Of a stretch of 59,282 bases of DNA, positions 1 to 10,267 are shown piece by piece. The DNA is taken from the IMG/VR virus record IMGVR_UViG_3300009426_001070, positions 1 through 59,282 of that record. The stretch is one strand, 5' to 3'. The position numbers were made by a program, and so were the translations under genes. Origin of the DNA: a virus. Taxonomy: Duplodnaviria; Caudoviricetes. The notes under the pieces are model-generated. The model did not search any database, had not been told where the DNA came from, and was given only the letters and a program-made list of their open reading frames with translations. Every line of letters begins with the position of its first letter. Position 1 is the stretch's first letter.

Positions 1-1
1 A

Positions 2-1066
2 TCAACCTATGCCCCAGAACACATTAATGATCCTAATGTTAAACTATTTGTTGTGTATCCAGATAGTTTCAGCGAAGGGTTTAGTGTTGAGAGAGACCAA
101 GTGCATCCGTCAATAAGCATTAACTCTACGGATAGTAGAGGCAGAGCGGTGTCTTCTGGTTGTTATGGAGACTGCGAAAATAATGAAGAATGTTTTGAAG
201 GCGAAAAAAATAGTGCTAGATTGGAAAAATTGCAACTTAAACTAGATAGTTTAAAACCGCACTCTACCTTGTGGAGAGCTGTTAAAAGGGAGATCGATGG
301 GGATAAGTGCCGCGATAATCAATGTGTAGACAGCAATTTTTGTCAAAGCGACGAAGACTGCGGGTCTTTTGATACGATTGATGGAGAAACTTTTTCCGAA
401 TATGAGTGTGTAGAAGGAGAGTGTATTGAAAAGTTGGGCTTACAGTCATCAATTTGTACGAGATTAGATCTAAATGGCTTTAAGATTTACTCTCCACCTC
501 ACGGATTCAAAACGCCATCAGGTAAAAAGCTTCTTTTTAACGAAGATTTTGACGCTAGGACCTATAGGTCTATTTTGGAATATCAAAAAAATGTTGAAGT
601 TTTTGTTCCCAAAGTGGAACACATTATCCAAGATAATATAGAAAAGTTTGAAAAGGGTTTCTCCAAATTTAATGTAAATTTATACCAAGTTCCGATAGAT
701 GACTTGAATTTATTTTATAGAAAAGAATTGGCCACCCAAGTCTGTACCCCTAGTGATGAGTTGTTAGAAAAACTGCATGAAGATTTTAATTTAAATTTGT
801 CTTACAATATTGAGCAACCGCGTAAAAGTATAAAAATATCTCTTGCTGGAGTTTCTAAACAATTAGGAGAAGATATGATAGCCAAGGGTTTAGAGTCTTT
901 TGACATTAATATATCGGCGGACGGAGTTACTTCAAATTATGTTTTTGGAAATAGAATTATGCAGCCAGTTTCTGTAGATGTCACAAGAAGGTTAGTAGAC
1001 ATATTACAAAAACGAACTACCAAACACTTAAATTATACTCAGTCTGTACTGGGAATCCAAAATTAA
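2..1066 (+). CDS. 5'-truncated putative virion structural protein with a Cys-rich insert
   Basis: Frame open from base 2; stop overlaps next start (TAATG); Cys-rich segment CRDNQCVDSNFCQSDEDC...YECVEGEC. Confidence 0.55.
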   Translation, partial: STYAPEHINDPNVKLFVVYPDSFSEGFSVERDQVHPSISINSTDSRGRAVSSGCYGDCENNEECFEGEKNSARLEKLQLKLDSLKPHSTLWRAVKREIDGDKCRDNQCVDSNFCQSDEDCGSFDTIDGETFSEYECVEGECIEKLGLQSSICTRLDLNGFKIYSPPHGFKTPSGKKLLFNEDFDARTYRSILEYQKNVEVFVPKVEHIIQDNIEKFEKGFSKFNVNLYQVPIDDLNLFYRKELATQVCTPSDELLEKLHEDFNLNLSYNIEQPRKSIKISLAGVSKQLGEDMIAKGLESFDINISADGVTSNYVFGNRIMQPVSVDVTRRLVDILQKRTTKHLNYTQSVLGIQN

Positions 1067-4000
1067 TGATATTAAGTGGCAAAAATTTTAGAAGTATTTC
1101 AGATCAAACTGGTAATTATAGTTATGTTTTTGGTGTTAAAACCAAGACAAAATCTTCAGACATTTATGTTGGTTTAACTGGGGATTATAACATAGACTAT
1201 AGATTTATTAGTGGTAAAATTTTTGACAGGAATAGAGATTTTGTATCTAGCTATTCTAAAAACGGCAATTATATTATTTCTGGAAATTTAAAGAATAACC
1301 ATCATGAATATTTCATAAACGGAGTCCCAAAAATTGTAGGAGAAACCGTTCCGAGTGGGAAAATATCTGGAGTGTTTGCTATTAACGAGGAGCCAGAAAA
1401 TATTGATTTTAAATTTTATGGAGAAACCCCATCTTATTCGATTACTACGAGCTCCAATCAATTAATAAGTGGCCAAACCCTAACAGGTTTTATCAATAAT
1501 AATAACCCATCTTTATCTTTTACAGTATTTACTGGCGAATTGTTAAATTCAGATATCCCAGCAACTTTTTCTATAGATAGTAATCAAGACGTAACAGGCT
1601 CAGCAGAATTTTATTTAACGCCATCGCAATCACAGAATTTAAGCGGAGTCGCCAATTTATTATTTTATACAAATTTTGGAGAAATAGAATATTCTTACAA
1701 TCTAACTGGAGGAAATTTACCTTCAGTTATAAAGTCTAGTTATTACTTAACCTTACAGCCATTTAATCCAAATTTTGAGGGAAGTTCTGGGTCCCTTTCC
1801 ATTACTAGTTATTACGCAAATTTTGATGGTGCGAACGTTAAAGTTTCCCTTTCTCACGTTTCTGGGCAGACTGGTGAAATATTTAGAGATAAAAGTTTTT
1901 CCAGAGGATTTAGTCATACTCAAGATGATAGCGTTACGGGAACAAATATAGTTTCTATTTTTAAAACTGGTTTGGTTTCTGGTTACAACGCTTCTGGCCT
2001 TATTCAAACTGGTATGGGGTCGGGGATTTTAACTGGATATGCCGAACCTACTGGACAGATCGTTAATGATTATGAGCTAGTTTTAACTGGACTGGCAAGC
2101 GGCTTCCTTGATACTGATATTAATTTGGCAGGATACGCAACATCTCGTTTCTTTGGGTTCGTTCCTTTTGGATCGAGTTCAATTTTAACTACAGCCAATG
2201 ATATTGCGGGTACTGGGATTTTAAACCAAGAACAACTTACCGGGATTATTAGAACTGGTATAGGCGAAGCCCTATTTAATCCTTATGAATATTTGCCAAC
2301 GGGAGAAATAAATCTTCAGTCAGGCGCATATAATACAAGAACTATAGAGAAATATATATCATATACTGGAGCAATCACTGGATATTACGATTTGGCTGCG
2401 AGTGGATATGCTGGATATATTATAGAAACTGGCATATTCGACCAGAATTTCTCTGGAAATGTTAAGAGGGGCGTATATACCTTTGACAAACAATATGATA
2501 CGAATATTACTGGTTTTGATGCACTATTTGGAGCGGACACCATTGGGGAGATAGTTAGCGGAGGGCTGCCCGAAGTTACTGGCGAATCTTTTAGTTTAAC
2601 TGGGAATTTAAAACTTTCTGCAAGTGGTGAGTGTTTAGAGGAGGTTCCAGTATATGATGTTTCAGGGTATAGCGTCAAATATCCTTACAACTTTAATATA
2701 GCTAATTTACTATTATCCTTATCCAAGTTAAACCCAAGCTTTACTGGGTCTATTATGACCGTAGAAAGAGCTAGTGATGGCGAAACTAAAGACATTTATT
2801 TTTACAATAAATATATTAATTATGAAAATATAAAGCAGTTCGCACAGTCTGGAGAAGTTTATATTAACGAATGGAAAGACCAATCTTTAAATAAAAATAA
2901 TTATATTCCGAGTACAGTAGATAGGCCAAAAATATTAATTGGTCCTGGATTTTTTAATTCTGGAATATATTTTTATCAAAATTGGCTGGAAACAAGTAAT
3001 TCTTTGGAATTTATTGACGGAGAAGATTATTCGATTATATTTAGTGGAGATTCTCCCTGTGATTTTCTGGCTGGTAGTTATTATAATTCATCTATCGATA
3101 CTGGTGCTTTAAATGAAGGGTGGAATTTAGACGTTTGGAATGAAACCGTAAGATATACAGGTTATAATGAAGTTTCCATTCCTACAGTTACTGGGGATGG
3201 AAATCTATATATAAGCGCCATTGACGAGAATCAAAATATATATATAAACAATCTAATCTCTGAAATTTTCATATACCCTTTCGATGCTACAGCTATATAC
3301 TCCCCGACTGGAGTCGTGAGTGGAGTCGGACCGCCAGTATATAGTATATTTGCCGATGTATCTGGTTATTATAATATTGATACAGACATACACCCACTGG
3401 GTCAAAAAACATCTTCTCAAAAAGCAGCAAACCTCGGAAACTGGGCAGTTTTCCCGCCATCTTATGACGAATATATAACTTCTTATAACCCATACACGCA
3501 AGTCACACAATTCCAATCCGAGCCTATCACTGGAGTTTCTTATGGGGCAGCTGGGGTTGGGAATTGGGTTGCTATGGGGATGAATGCGCCTATATCGCTA
3601 GTATTTTACGATCCAGAAACCGATATTGTTAAAAAATTTGCTTATTCGAAGGCTGTTCACAGCACCACAGCGGTTGGCAACTTGGCGGTTTTTGGAGTTA
3701 ATGATTCTAGTAATTCGAAAGTCGCGGCTTATTGTTTCGACCCAGTAACAGAACAAGGCTTTGAATTAAATTATACTGGGAATATTGTCTCAGAGGACAG
3801 CATCCTGTTTCGTCAATCTGCGACGGTCGGAGACTGGGCTGTTTTTTGCCCAAATAATTCAGAACAAATTATTGCAGTCAATCCATCTTCTACAACTACT
3901 AATCAAGTGCAACATATGCAGCCACGGATAACTGGAGATGCTGGTCAACTTGCTCCATTCATGTTTTCGGGACCAGCTGTTGTTGGGGACTGGGCGGTTA

Positions 4001-7000
4001 TGGCAGGGCGCACTGGAAGCGTTGTCTCTTATAACCCAACTGCAAATGACCTATATATACATCCGCAAGAAATACCTGCAATCCCGATGTCATTTGCTGA
4101 AAGAAATGGCAGCTATTACCCAAGATTTGGCACACCAACTGTAGTTGGTGATTGGGCAGTTTTTCCGCCGTTGAGGGGAACTGGTATTCTAGCTTATAAT
4201 CCGATAACTAGAATCCAGAAAAGTTTATATTTTAATGGGGAAGATTTTGAAATAAGCAATCCTGAGGAAGCAACTAACTTTAGTTCTGCAGCTACATTAG
4301 GAAAATGGGCGATATTTGCGCCACAAAGTGCTTCAGCATCTCTGGCTTATGATCCAGTAGAAAATGTATATCATAAGTTTTATAACGAACTTACGGAAGG
4401 GTACACCATGTCCACCACTGTAAATGACGAATGGGTAGTACAATATCCAAATACAGCAGATTCCTTTGCGAGTATAAAAATTGCTAATCCCTTTTCTAAT
4501 CCTTTTGATTTCTTATGCCCTCAAGAGGTAATACTGTTTACTGTAGATACCTCGATTAACACATCGCTTGAGGTTGAACTAGATCCATTACTCAGCTATT
4601 CAGCAGTAATTGATTGGGGCGATGGAAGTACTGATACATTCCTAGATGGAATTGTACCCTCAAGTATTTCACACACCTATGCTACGGTTGGTACATTCGA
4701 AGTAATTGTAACTGCAACTTCAGTTCCTAAGTTTGAGTTATCTTCAGAGCTGAATGTAGTTTCCGCAATTCTTGAAAATTTACTTCAAACTACAGAAAAT
4801 ATGTTCTTTGCATGCCGTAACCTGCAAAGCGCGACCATCGGCGACGGCATCACCAGCATCGGGGATCGCGCATTCCAAAACTGCGTTAGCCTGAGAAGCA
4901 TCATCATCGGCAACAGCGTCACTAGCATCGGGATTGAAGCATTCTTATTTTGCTGGTTACTGAATGCAATCACTTTGCCAGACAGCCTCAAAAGCATCGG
5001 GTCTAGCGCATTCCGAATTTGCGAACGCGTGCAGAGCATCACCGTTCCAGACAGCGTCACCAGCATCGGGGATCGCGCATTCTCTCAAATGGAACGCCTG
5101 ACGAGCGTCACACTTCCAAATAATGTTGACTTTACCAGAATCGAAGAGTACACGTTCGCTGACACTAGCCTGACGAGCATCACCATTCCCGACAGCGTCA
5201 CCTACATCGGGAATGGCGCATTCGCTGACACTAGCCTGACGAGCATCACCATTCCCGCCAGCGTCACCAGCAAAGGGAGTCTCATATTCAATGACTGCGA
5301 TCTGCTGACGAACATTGTGGTTGATAGCGCCAATCCGAATTTCAGTTCGACAGGACCACTGTTACTCAACAAGTCAGGGAGTATTGTGTTGGAAGGTTTC
5401 GGTGTCAGCGGTGATTTTACCATTCCTAGCACCATTAACGTCATCGCTTTTGCCGCATTCACTGGCACTGGCCTGACGAGCATCACGATTCCTGACAGCG
5501 TCGAAAACATGGGTGCTGCAACATTCGCTAACTGCGAAAACCTGACTAGCGCCACCATTGGCAACGGCGTCGTCCTCTTGGGGGAAGGCACATTCCGGAG
5601 ATGCTATAATTTATCAGTCGTTAACCTCTCTATACCTAAATCCGTAATAGATGGAGCTAGCTCAATGGATGGAGTTCCAGATACTTTCGAATATACAGCA
5701 CCCCTTCTTACCATTAATGTTCCAATTGGCACTCCTGGTTGGGTAGCTGGAACTGGTCTGACAATTGGTGGTAACACAAATGTAACGGTCAATATAGGCG
5801 AGCCAGCGTTAGAGCCATTACTTTTTACTGTAGATACCTCGATTAGCACATCGCTTATTATCGATCTAGATCCATCTCTCAGCTATTCAGCAGTAATTGA
5901 TTGGGGCGATGGAAGTACTGATACATTATTAGATGGAATTGTACCCGCGAGTATTTCACACACCTATGCTACGGTTAATACATTCGAAGTAAGTGTAAGT
6001 GGAACTTCAGTTCCTAAGTTTGAGTTATCTTCAGAGCTGAATGTAGTTTCCGCAATTCTTGAAAATTTACCTCAAACTACAGAAGACATCTTCAATTCCT
6101 GCACTGGCCTGACGAGCGTCACCATCGGCAACAGACTCACCAGCATCGGGTCTGGCGCATTCTATGGCTGTACTGGCCTGACGAGCGTCACGATTCCCGA
6201 AAGCGTCGAAACCATCGGGAATAGCGCATTCCAAAGCTGCAGCCTGACGAGCATCACGATTCCCGATAGCGTCACCAGCATCGGGGGTGCCGCATTCGCG
6301 GAATGCACTGACTTGGCGACCGTCACCCTTCCAAATAATATTAACTTCACCAGCATCGAGGATTTCGCATTCGGTGGCTGCACTGGCCTGACGAGCATCA
6401 CCATTCCCAACAGCGTCGAAACCATCGGGTATCAGGCATTTGAGAACTGCTATATCCTTACGAGCGTCACCATCGGCAATAACGTCGAGAGCATCGGGAT
6501 TGAAGCATTCATGTCCACTGGCCTGACGAGCGTCACCATTCCCATTAGCGTCACCAGTATCGGGATTAACGCATTCCGTAACTGCAGTGACTTGGCGACC
6601 GTTGATTTGTCCGTGCCTAAAACAGTCATAGATTCAGCTACAAATGTTTTCTTTAACACAGCATCCCTTCTTACCATTAATGTTCCATATGGCACTTCTG
6701 GTTGGGTAGCTGGAACTGGCCTGACAATTGGTGGTAACACAAATGTAACGGTTAATATAATAACACCAGAAGCGATGCTGTTTACTGTCGATGCTTCGAT
6801 TAATACATCGTTTCTGGTTAGACGCGATTCCAGGGATATTTATTCTGGAGCAATTGTTTGGGGTGATGGAAGTGCTGACGAAGCCCTATCTGGAAGTGGT
6901 ATTGTAATTATTGAACACACCTTCCCTTCTACTGAAGTATATCAAGGAATGATAATTGGAACTTCAGTTCCTAGTATTAGTTTCGATTATAATCGAAGTT

Positions 7001-9654
7001 TAACATCATTTGAAAATCTTGGAGACGTGGGCCTCAACAGTACAGAAGGTATGTTTACAAACTGCATTGGACTGACGAGCGTCACAATTTCCGACAGCCT
7101 CACTAGAATTGATAATGGCACATTCCGTGACTGCATTAGCCTGACGAGTATCACGATTCCCGACAGCGTCACCTACATCGGGAATGGCGCATTCTGGGGC
7201 ACTGGCCTAACGAGTATCACTATTTCCGACAACGTCACCACTATTGGGGGTGCCGCATTCAGAGAGTGCGCTGACTTGGCGAGCGTCATCATCGGAAACG
7301 GAGTTGAAGTGATCAGCGGCAATGTATTCGCGGAATGCACTGACTTGGCGACCGTCACCATTGGCAACAGCGTCACCAGCATTGAGCAGTACGCATTCCA
7401 AGGCTGCACTGGCCTGACGACCATCACCATTCCCGACAGTGTAGAAATTATCGATACTTCCGCATTCCGGAACTGCAGCGGCCTGACGACCATCACCATT
7501 GGCAACAGCGTCACCAGCATAAGGAGCGGCGCATTCGATAACTCTGGCCTGACGAGCGTCACCATTCCCAACAGCGTCACCAGCATCTTGAATGAAGCAT
7601 TCCAAAGCTGCACTGACTTGGTGAGTGTAACCCTTCCAAATAATGTTAACTTCACCAGTATCGAGCAGAGAGCATTCAAAAACTGTGGCCTGACGAACGT
7701 CATCATTCCTGAAAACGTCACCAGACTAGAGTCTGGCGCATTCCAAGGCTGCACTAGCCTAGCGAGCGTCATCATCGGCAACGGAGTTGAATTCATCAGC
7801 AACGATGTATTCCAGGGCTGTACTGGCCTGACGAGCGTCACCATCGGCAATAACGTCGAGAGCATCGGGATTACAGCATTCGAGGACTGCTCTGATTTGG
7901 CGAGCATCACCATTCCCGACAGCGTCACCAGCATAAGGAGCGGCGCATTCCGTAACTGCACTAGCCTGACGAGCATCACCATTCCCGACAGCGTCACCAA
8001 CTTCGAGAATTACGCATTCGAGGACTGCTCTGATTTGGCGACCGTTAATTTCTCTATTCCTAAAACAGTCATAGATTCAGCTCCATATATTTTCTCAGGC
8101 ACAGCACCCCTTCTTACTATAAATGTTCCATATGGCACTGCTGGTTGGACAGCTGGAACTGGCCTGACAATTGGTGGTAACACAAATGTAACGGTTAATA
8201 TAATACTACCAGAAGCGATGCTGTTTACTGTCGATGCTTCGATTAATACATCGTTTCAGGTTGAACTAGATCCATTACTCAGCTATTCAGCAGTAATTGA
8301 TTGGGGCGATGGAAGTACTAATACATTATTAGATGGAATTGTACCCGCGAGTATTTCACACACCTATGCTACGGTTAATACATTCGAAGTAATTGTAACT
8401 GGAACTTCAATTCCTAAGTTTGAGTTATCTTCAGAGCTGAATTTAACATCATTTGAAAATCTTGGAGACGTGGGCCTCAACAGTACAGCAAATATGTTTT
8501 CAAACTGCACTGGACTGACGAGCGTCACAATTTCCGACAGCCTCACTATAATTGATGGTGGCACATTCAGTGGCTGCACTGGCCTGACGAGCATCATCAT
8601 TCCCGACAGCGTCGAAACCATCGGGCTTAATGCATTCCGTGGCACTGACCTCGCGAGCGCCACTCTTCCAAATAATGTTGGCTTCACCAGAGTTGAAAAT
8701 TACTTATTCTATCAATGCACTAGCCTGTCGAGCGTCACCATTCCCAACAGCGTCACCAGTATCGGGTCTGCCGTATTCAACGAATGCATTAGCCTGACGA
8801 GTATCACGATTCCCGATAGCGTCGAAACCATCGGGGGTGTCGCATTCAAAAACTGTGGCCTGACGAGTATCACTATTCCCGACAACGTCACCACTATTGG
8901 GGGTGCCGCATTCGCTTACTGCACTGACTTGGCGACCGTCATCATCGGCAACGGAGTTGAAGTGATCAGCACCGGTGTCTTCGAGGAATGTACTGGCCTG
9001 TCGAGCGTCACCATTGGCAACAGCGTCACCAGCATCGGGTCTCAAGCATTCTATTTCTGTAGCAGCCTGTCGAGCATCACCATTCCCGACAGTGTAGAAA
9101 TTATCGATACTTCCGCATTCCGGAACTGCAGCAGCCTGACGAGTATCACCATTGCCAACAGCGTCTCCAGCATCGGTAATTACGCATTCGCTGACACTAG
9201 CCTGACGAGCATCACCATTCCAGACAGCGTCGAAACCATCGGGACTCGCGCATTCAATAGCTGCTTTAACCTGACGAGCATCACCCTCCCAACTAACGTT
9301 AATTTCACCAGTATCGAGAATAACACATTCCAAAGCTGCGTTCGTTTGGCGAGCATCACCATTCCCAACAGCGTCGAAACCATCGGGAATTTAGCATTCC
9401 AGTTCTGCGACTTGACGAGCATCACCATTCCCAACAGCGTCACCAGCATCGGGTATAGCGCATTCCAGTTCTGCAATGGCCTGGCGAGCGTTAATTTGTC
9501 CGTGCCTAAAACAGTCATAGATTCAGCTACAAATATTTTCTCAAGCACAGCATCCCCTCTTACTATAAATGTACCAGTTGGCACTTCTGGTTGGGTAGCT
9601 GGAACTGGCCAAACAATTGGTGGAAATACAAACGTAACTGTTAATATAGTATAA
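1066..9654 (+). CDS. Giant 2862-aa putative tail fibre/adhesin: TG-rich N-terminus, ~8-blade beta-propeller, 4 x (PKD-like domain + BspA/LRR_5 array + cap)
   Basis: Repeated LTSITIPDSVTSIGxxAFxxC (BspA-type LRR); IDWGDG...SHTY PKD motifs; GxWAVFxP repeats. Confidence 0.85.
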   Translation: MILSGKNFRSISDQTGNYSYVFGVKTKTKSSDIYVGLTGDYNIDYRFISGKIFDRNRDFVSSYSKNGNYIISGNLKNNHHEYFINGVPKIVGETVPSGKISGVFAINEEPENIDFKFYGETPSYSITTSSNQLISGQTLTGFINNNNPSLSFTVFTGELLNSDIPATFSIDSNQDVTGSAEFYLTPSQSQNLSGVANLLFYTNFGEIEYSYNLTGGNLPSVIKSSYYLTLQPFNPNFEGSSGSLSITSYYANFDGANVKVSLSHVSGQTGEIFRDKSFSRGFSHTQDDSVTGTNIVSIFKTGLVSGYNASGLIQTGMGSGILTGYAEPTGQIVNDYELVLTGLASGFLDTDINLAGYATSRFFGFVPFGSSSILTTANDIAGTGILNQEQLTGIIRTGIGEALFNPYEYLPTGEINLQSGAYNTRTIEKYISYTGAITGYYDLAASGYAGYIIETGIFDQNFSGNVKRGVYTFDKQYDTNITGFDALFGADTIGEIVSGGLPEVTGESFSLTGNLKLSASGECLEEVPVYDVSGYSVKYPYNFNIANLLLSLSKLNPSFTGSIMTVERASDGETKDIYFYNKYINYENIKQFAQSGEVYINEWKDQSLNKNNYIPSTVDRPKILIGPGFFNSGIYFYQNWLETSNSLEFIDGEDYSIIFSGDSPCDFLAGSYYNSSIDTGALNEGWNLDVWNETVRYTGYNEVSIPTVTGDGNLYISAIDENQNIYINNLISEIFIYPFDATAIYSPTGVVSGVGPPVYSIFADVSGYYNIDTDIHPLGQKTSSQKAANLGNWAVFPPSYDEYITSYNPYTQVTQFQSEPITGVSYGAAGVGNWVAMGMNAPISLVFYDPETDIVKKFAYSKAVHSTTAVGNLAVFGVNDSSNSKVAAYCFDPVTEQGFELNYTGNIVSEDSILFRQSATVGDWAVFCPNNSEQIIAVNPSSTTTNQVQHMQPRITGDAGQLAPFMFSGPAVVGDWAVMAGRTGSVVSYNPTANDLYIHPQEIPAIPMSFAERNGSYYPRFGTPTVVGDWAVFPPLRGTGILAYNPITRIQKSLYFNGEDFEISNPEEATNFSSAATLGKWAIFAPQSASASLAYDPVENVYHKFYNELTEGYTMSTTVNDEWVVQYPNTADSFASIKIANPFSNPFDFLCPQEVILFTVDTSINTSLEVELDPLLSYSAVIDWGDGSTDTFLDGIVPSSISHTYATVGTFEVIVTATSVPKFELSSELNVVSAILENLLQTTENMFFACRNLQSATIGDGITSIGDRAFQNCVSLRSIIIGNSVTSIGIEAFLFCWLLNAITLPDSLKSIGSSAFRICERVQSITVPDSVTSIGDRAFSQMERLTSVTLPNNVDFTRIEEYTFADTSLTSITIPDSVTYIGNGAFADTSLTSITIPASVTSKGSLIFNDCDLLTNIVVDSANPNFSSTGPLLLNKSGSIVLEGFGVSGDFTIPSTINVIAFAAFTGTGLTSITIPDSVENMGAATFANCENLTSATIGNGVVLLGEGTFRRCYNLSVVNLSIPKSVIDGASSMDGVPDTFEYTAPLLTINVPIGTPGWVAGTGLTIGGNTNVTVNIGEPALEPLLFTVDTSISTSLIIDLDPSLSYSAVIDWGDGSTDTLLDGIVPASISHTYATVNTFEVSVSGTSVPKFELSSELNVVSAILENLPQTTEDIFNSCTGLTSVTIGNRLTSIGSGAFYGCTGLTSVTIPESVETIGNSAFQSCSLTSITIPDSVTSIGGAAFAECTDLATVTLPNNINFTSIEDFAFGGCTGLTSITIPNSVETIGYQAFENCYILTSVTIGNNVESIGIEAFMSTGLTSVTIPISVTSIGINAFRNCSDLATVDLSVPKTVIDSATNVFFNTASLLTINVPYGTSGWVAGTGLTIGGNTNVTVNIITPEAMLFTVDASINTSFLVRRDSRDIYSGAIVWGDGSADEALSGSGIVIIEHTFPSTEVYQGMIIGTSVPSISFDYNRSLTSFENLGDVGLNSTEGMFTNCIGLTSVTISDSLTRIDNGTFRDCISLTSITIPDSVTYIGNGAFWGTGLTSITISDNVTTIGGAAFRECADLASVIIGNGVEVISGNVFAECTDLATVTIGNSVTSIEQYAFQGCTGLTTITIPDSVEIIDTSAFRNCSGLTTITIGNSVTSIRSGAFDNSGLTSVTIPNSVTSILNEAFQSCTDLVSVTLPNNVNFTSIEQRAFKNCGLTNVIIPENVTRLESGAFQGCTSLASVIIGNGVEFISNDVFQGCTGLTSVTIGNNVESIGITAFEDCSDLASITIPDSVTSIRSGAFRNCTSLTSITIPDSVTNFENYAFEDCSDLATVNFSIPKTVIDSAPYIFSGTAPLLTINVPYGTAGWTAGTGLTIGGNTNVTVNIILPEAMLFTVDASINTSFQVELDPLLSYSAVIDWGDGSTNTLLDGIVPASISHTYATVNTFEVIVTGTSIPKFELSSELNLTSFENLGDVGLNSTANMFSNCTGLTSVTISDSLTIIDGGTFSGCTGLTSIIIPDSVETIGLNAFRGTDLASATLPNNVGFTRVENYLFYQCTSLSSVTIPNSVTSIGSAVFNECISLTSITIPDSVETIGGVAFKNCGLTSITIPDNVTTIGGAAFAYCTDLATVIIGNGVEVISTGVFEECTGLSSVTIGNSVTSIGSQAFYFCSSLSSITIPDSVEIIDTSAFRNCSSLTSITIANSVSSIGNYAFADTSLTSITIPDSVETIGTRAFNSCFNLTSITLPTNVNFTSIENNTFQSCVRLASITIPNSVETIGNLAFQFCDLTSITIPNSVTSIGYSAFQFCNGLASVNLSVPKTVIDSATNIFSSTASPLTINVPVGTSGWVAGTGQTIGGNTNVTVNIV
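4522..9651 (+). repeat. Four tandem PKD-LRR-cap modules built of ~66-72 bp LRR units
   Basis: Modules start near 4522, 5815, 6766, 8209; cap GWxAGTGxTIGGNTNVTVNI occurs four times; long identical DNA segments shared between modules. Confidence 0.95.
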
Positions 9655-9931
9655 ATACTGGTAGTTACATTGTATAGATTGACGCTCCTAAAAAATACAA
9701 TGATGATAATGCATTTTATTCAGCTTATTTAAAAGTTTATCAAAAGCCGAGCAATTAATTCAAATCTTGCAAAAAAAGCAAGATAAGGTTTATTTATAAT
9801 TGTGCGAATAACTATGCAAGAAACATAAAAAAGAATGCTCAGATTTAGATATGACTTTAGAGCACTTCTTTTATAATCATATAGACTATGCAGTTATCTA
9901 TGCTAAGTTTAGAGTGACTCCATAGACAAGA

Positions 9932-10267
9932 TTATTTACTAAGATAAAACCGCTTAAATACTTCAAAATTTACAATTGAGATGAAAAATATTATTGGATA
10001 ATATATTACATTAAATCCTATTAAGCTAATAAAAAAAGACACCCAAACATTAAAACAAATTGGGCATCTTATTAGTCCAGATAATGTAAAATCAGACCAA
10101 AATATTTTAATATCCTTATGAAGGAAAATATAATCTTCAGCTTGATCTACACTTTCAAAGTCTTTTCTAAAAATAGTATTTACAAAATGTAACTTAAAGT
10201 CAGTTAGAAAGAAGGCAGAAAGTATTAAAAAATTTAAGCAACTTAAAATTATGACTTCTTGTATCAT
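9932..10267 (-). CDS. Membrane protein, DUF1360-like
   Basis: Hydrophobic helices and LIRCPICFNVW motif. Confidence 0.55.
   Translation of the reverse strand: MIQEVIILSCLNFLILSAFFLTDFKLHFVNTIFRKDFESVDQAEDYIFLHKDIKIFWSDFTLSGLIRCPICFNVWVSFFISLIGFNVIYYPIIFFISIVNFEVFKRFYLSK

Noticed and set aside
4785-9584. Many long minus-strand ORFs over the LRR region
   Set aside because: Shadow frames caused by repetitive GC-rich codons of the plus-strand gene
4522-9651. Diversity-generating retroelement
   Set aside because: No reverse transcriptase or non-coding template repeat in the window; differences between repeats are not obviously adenine-specific
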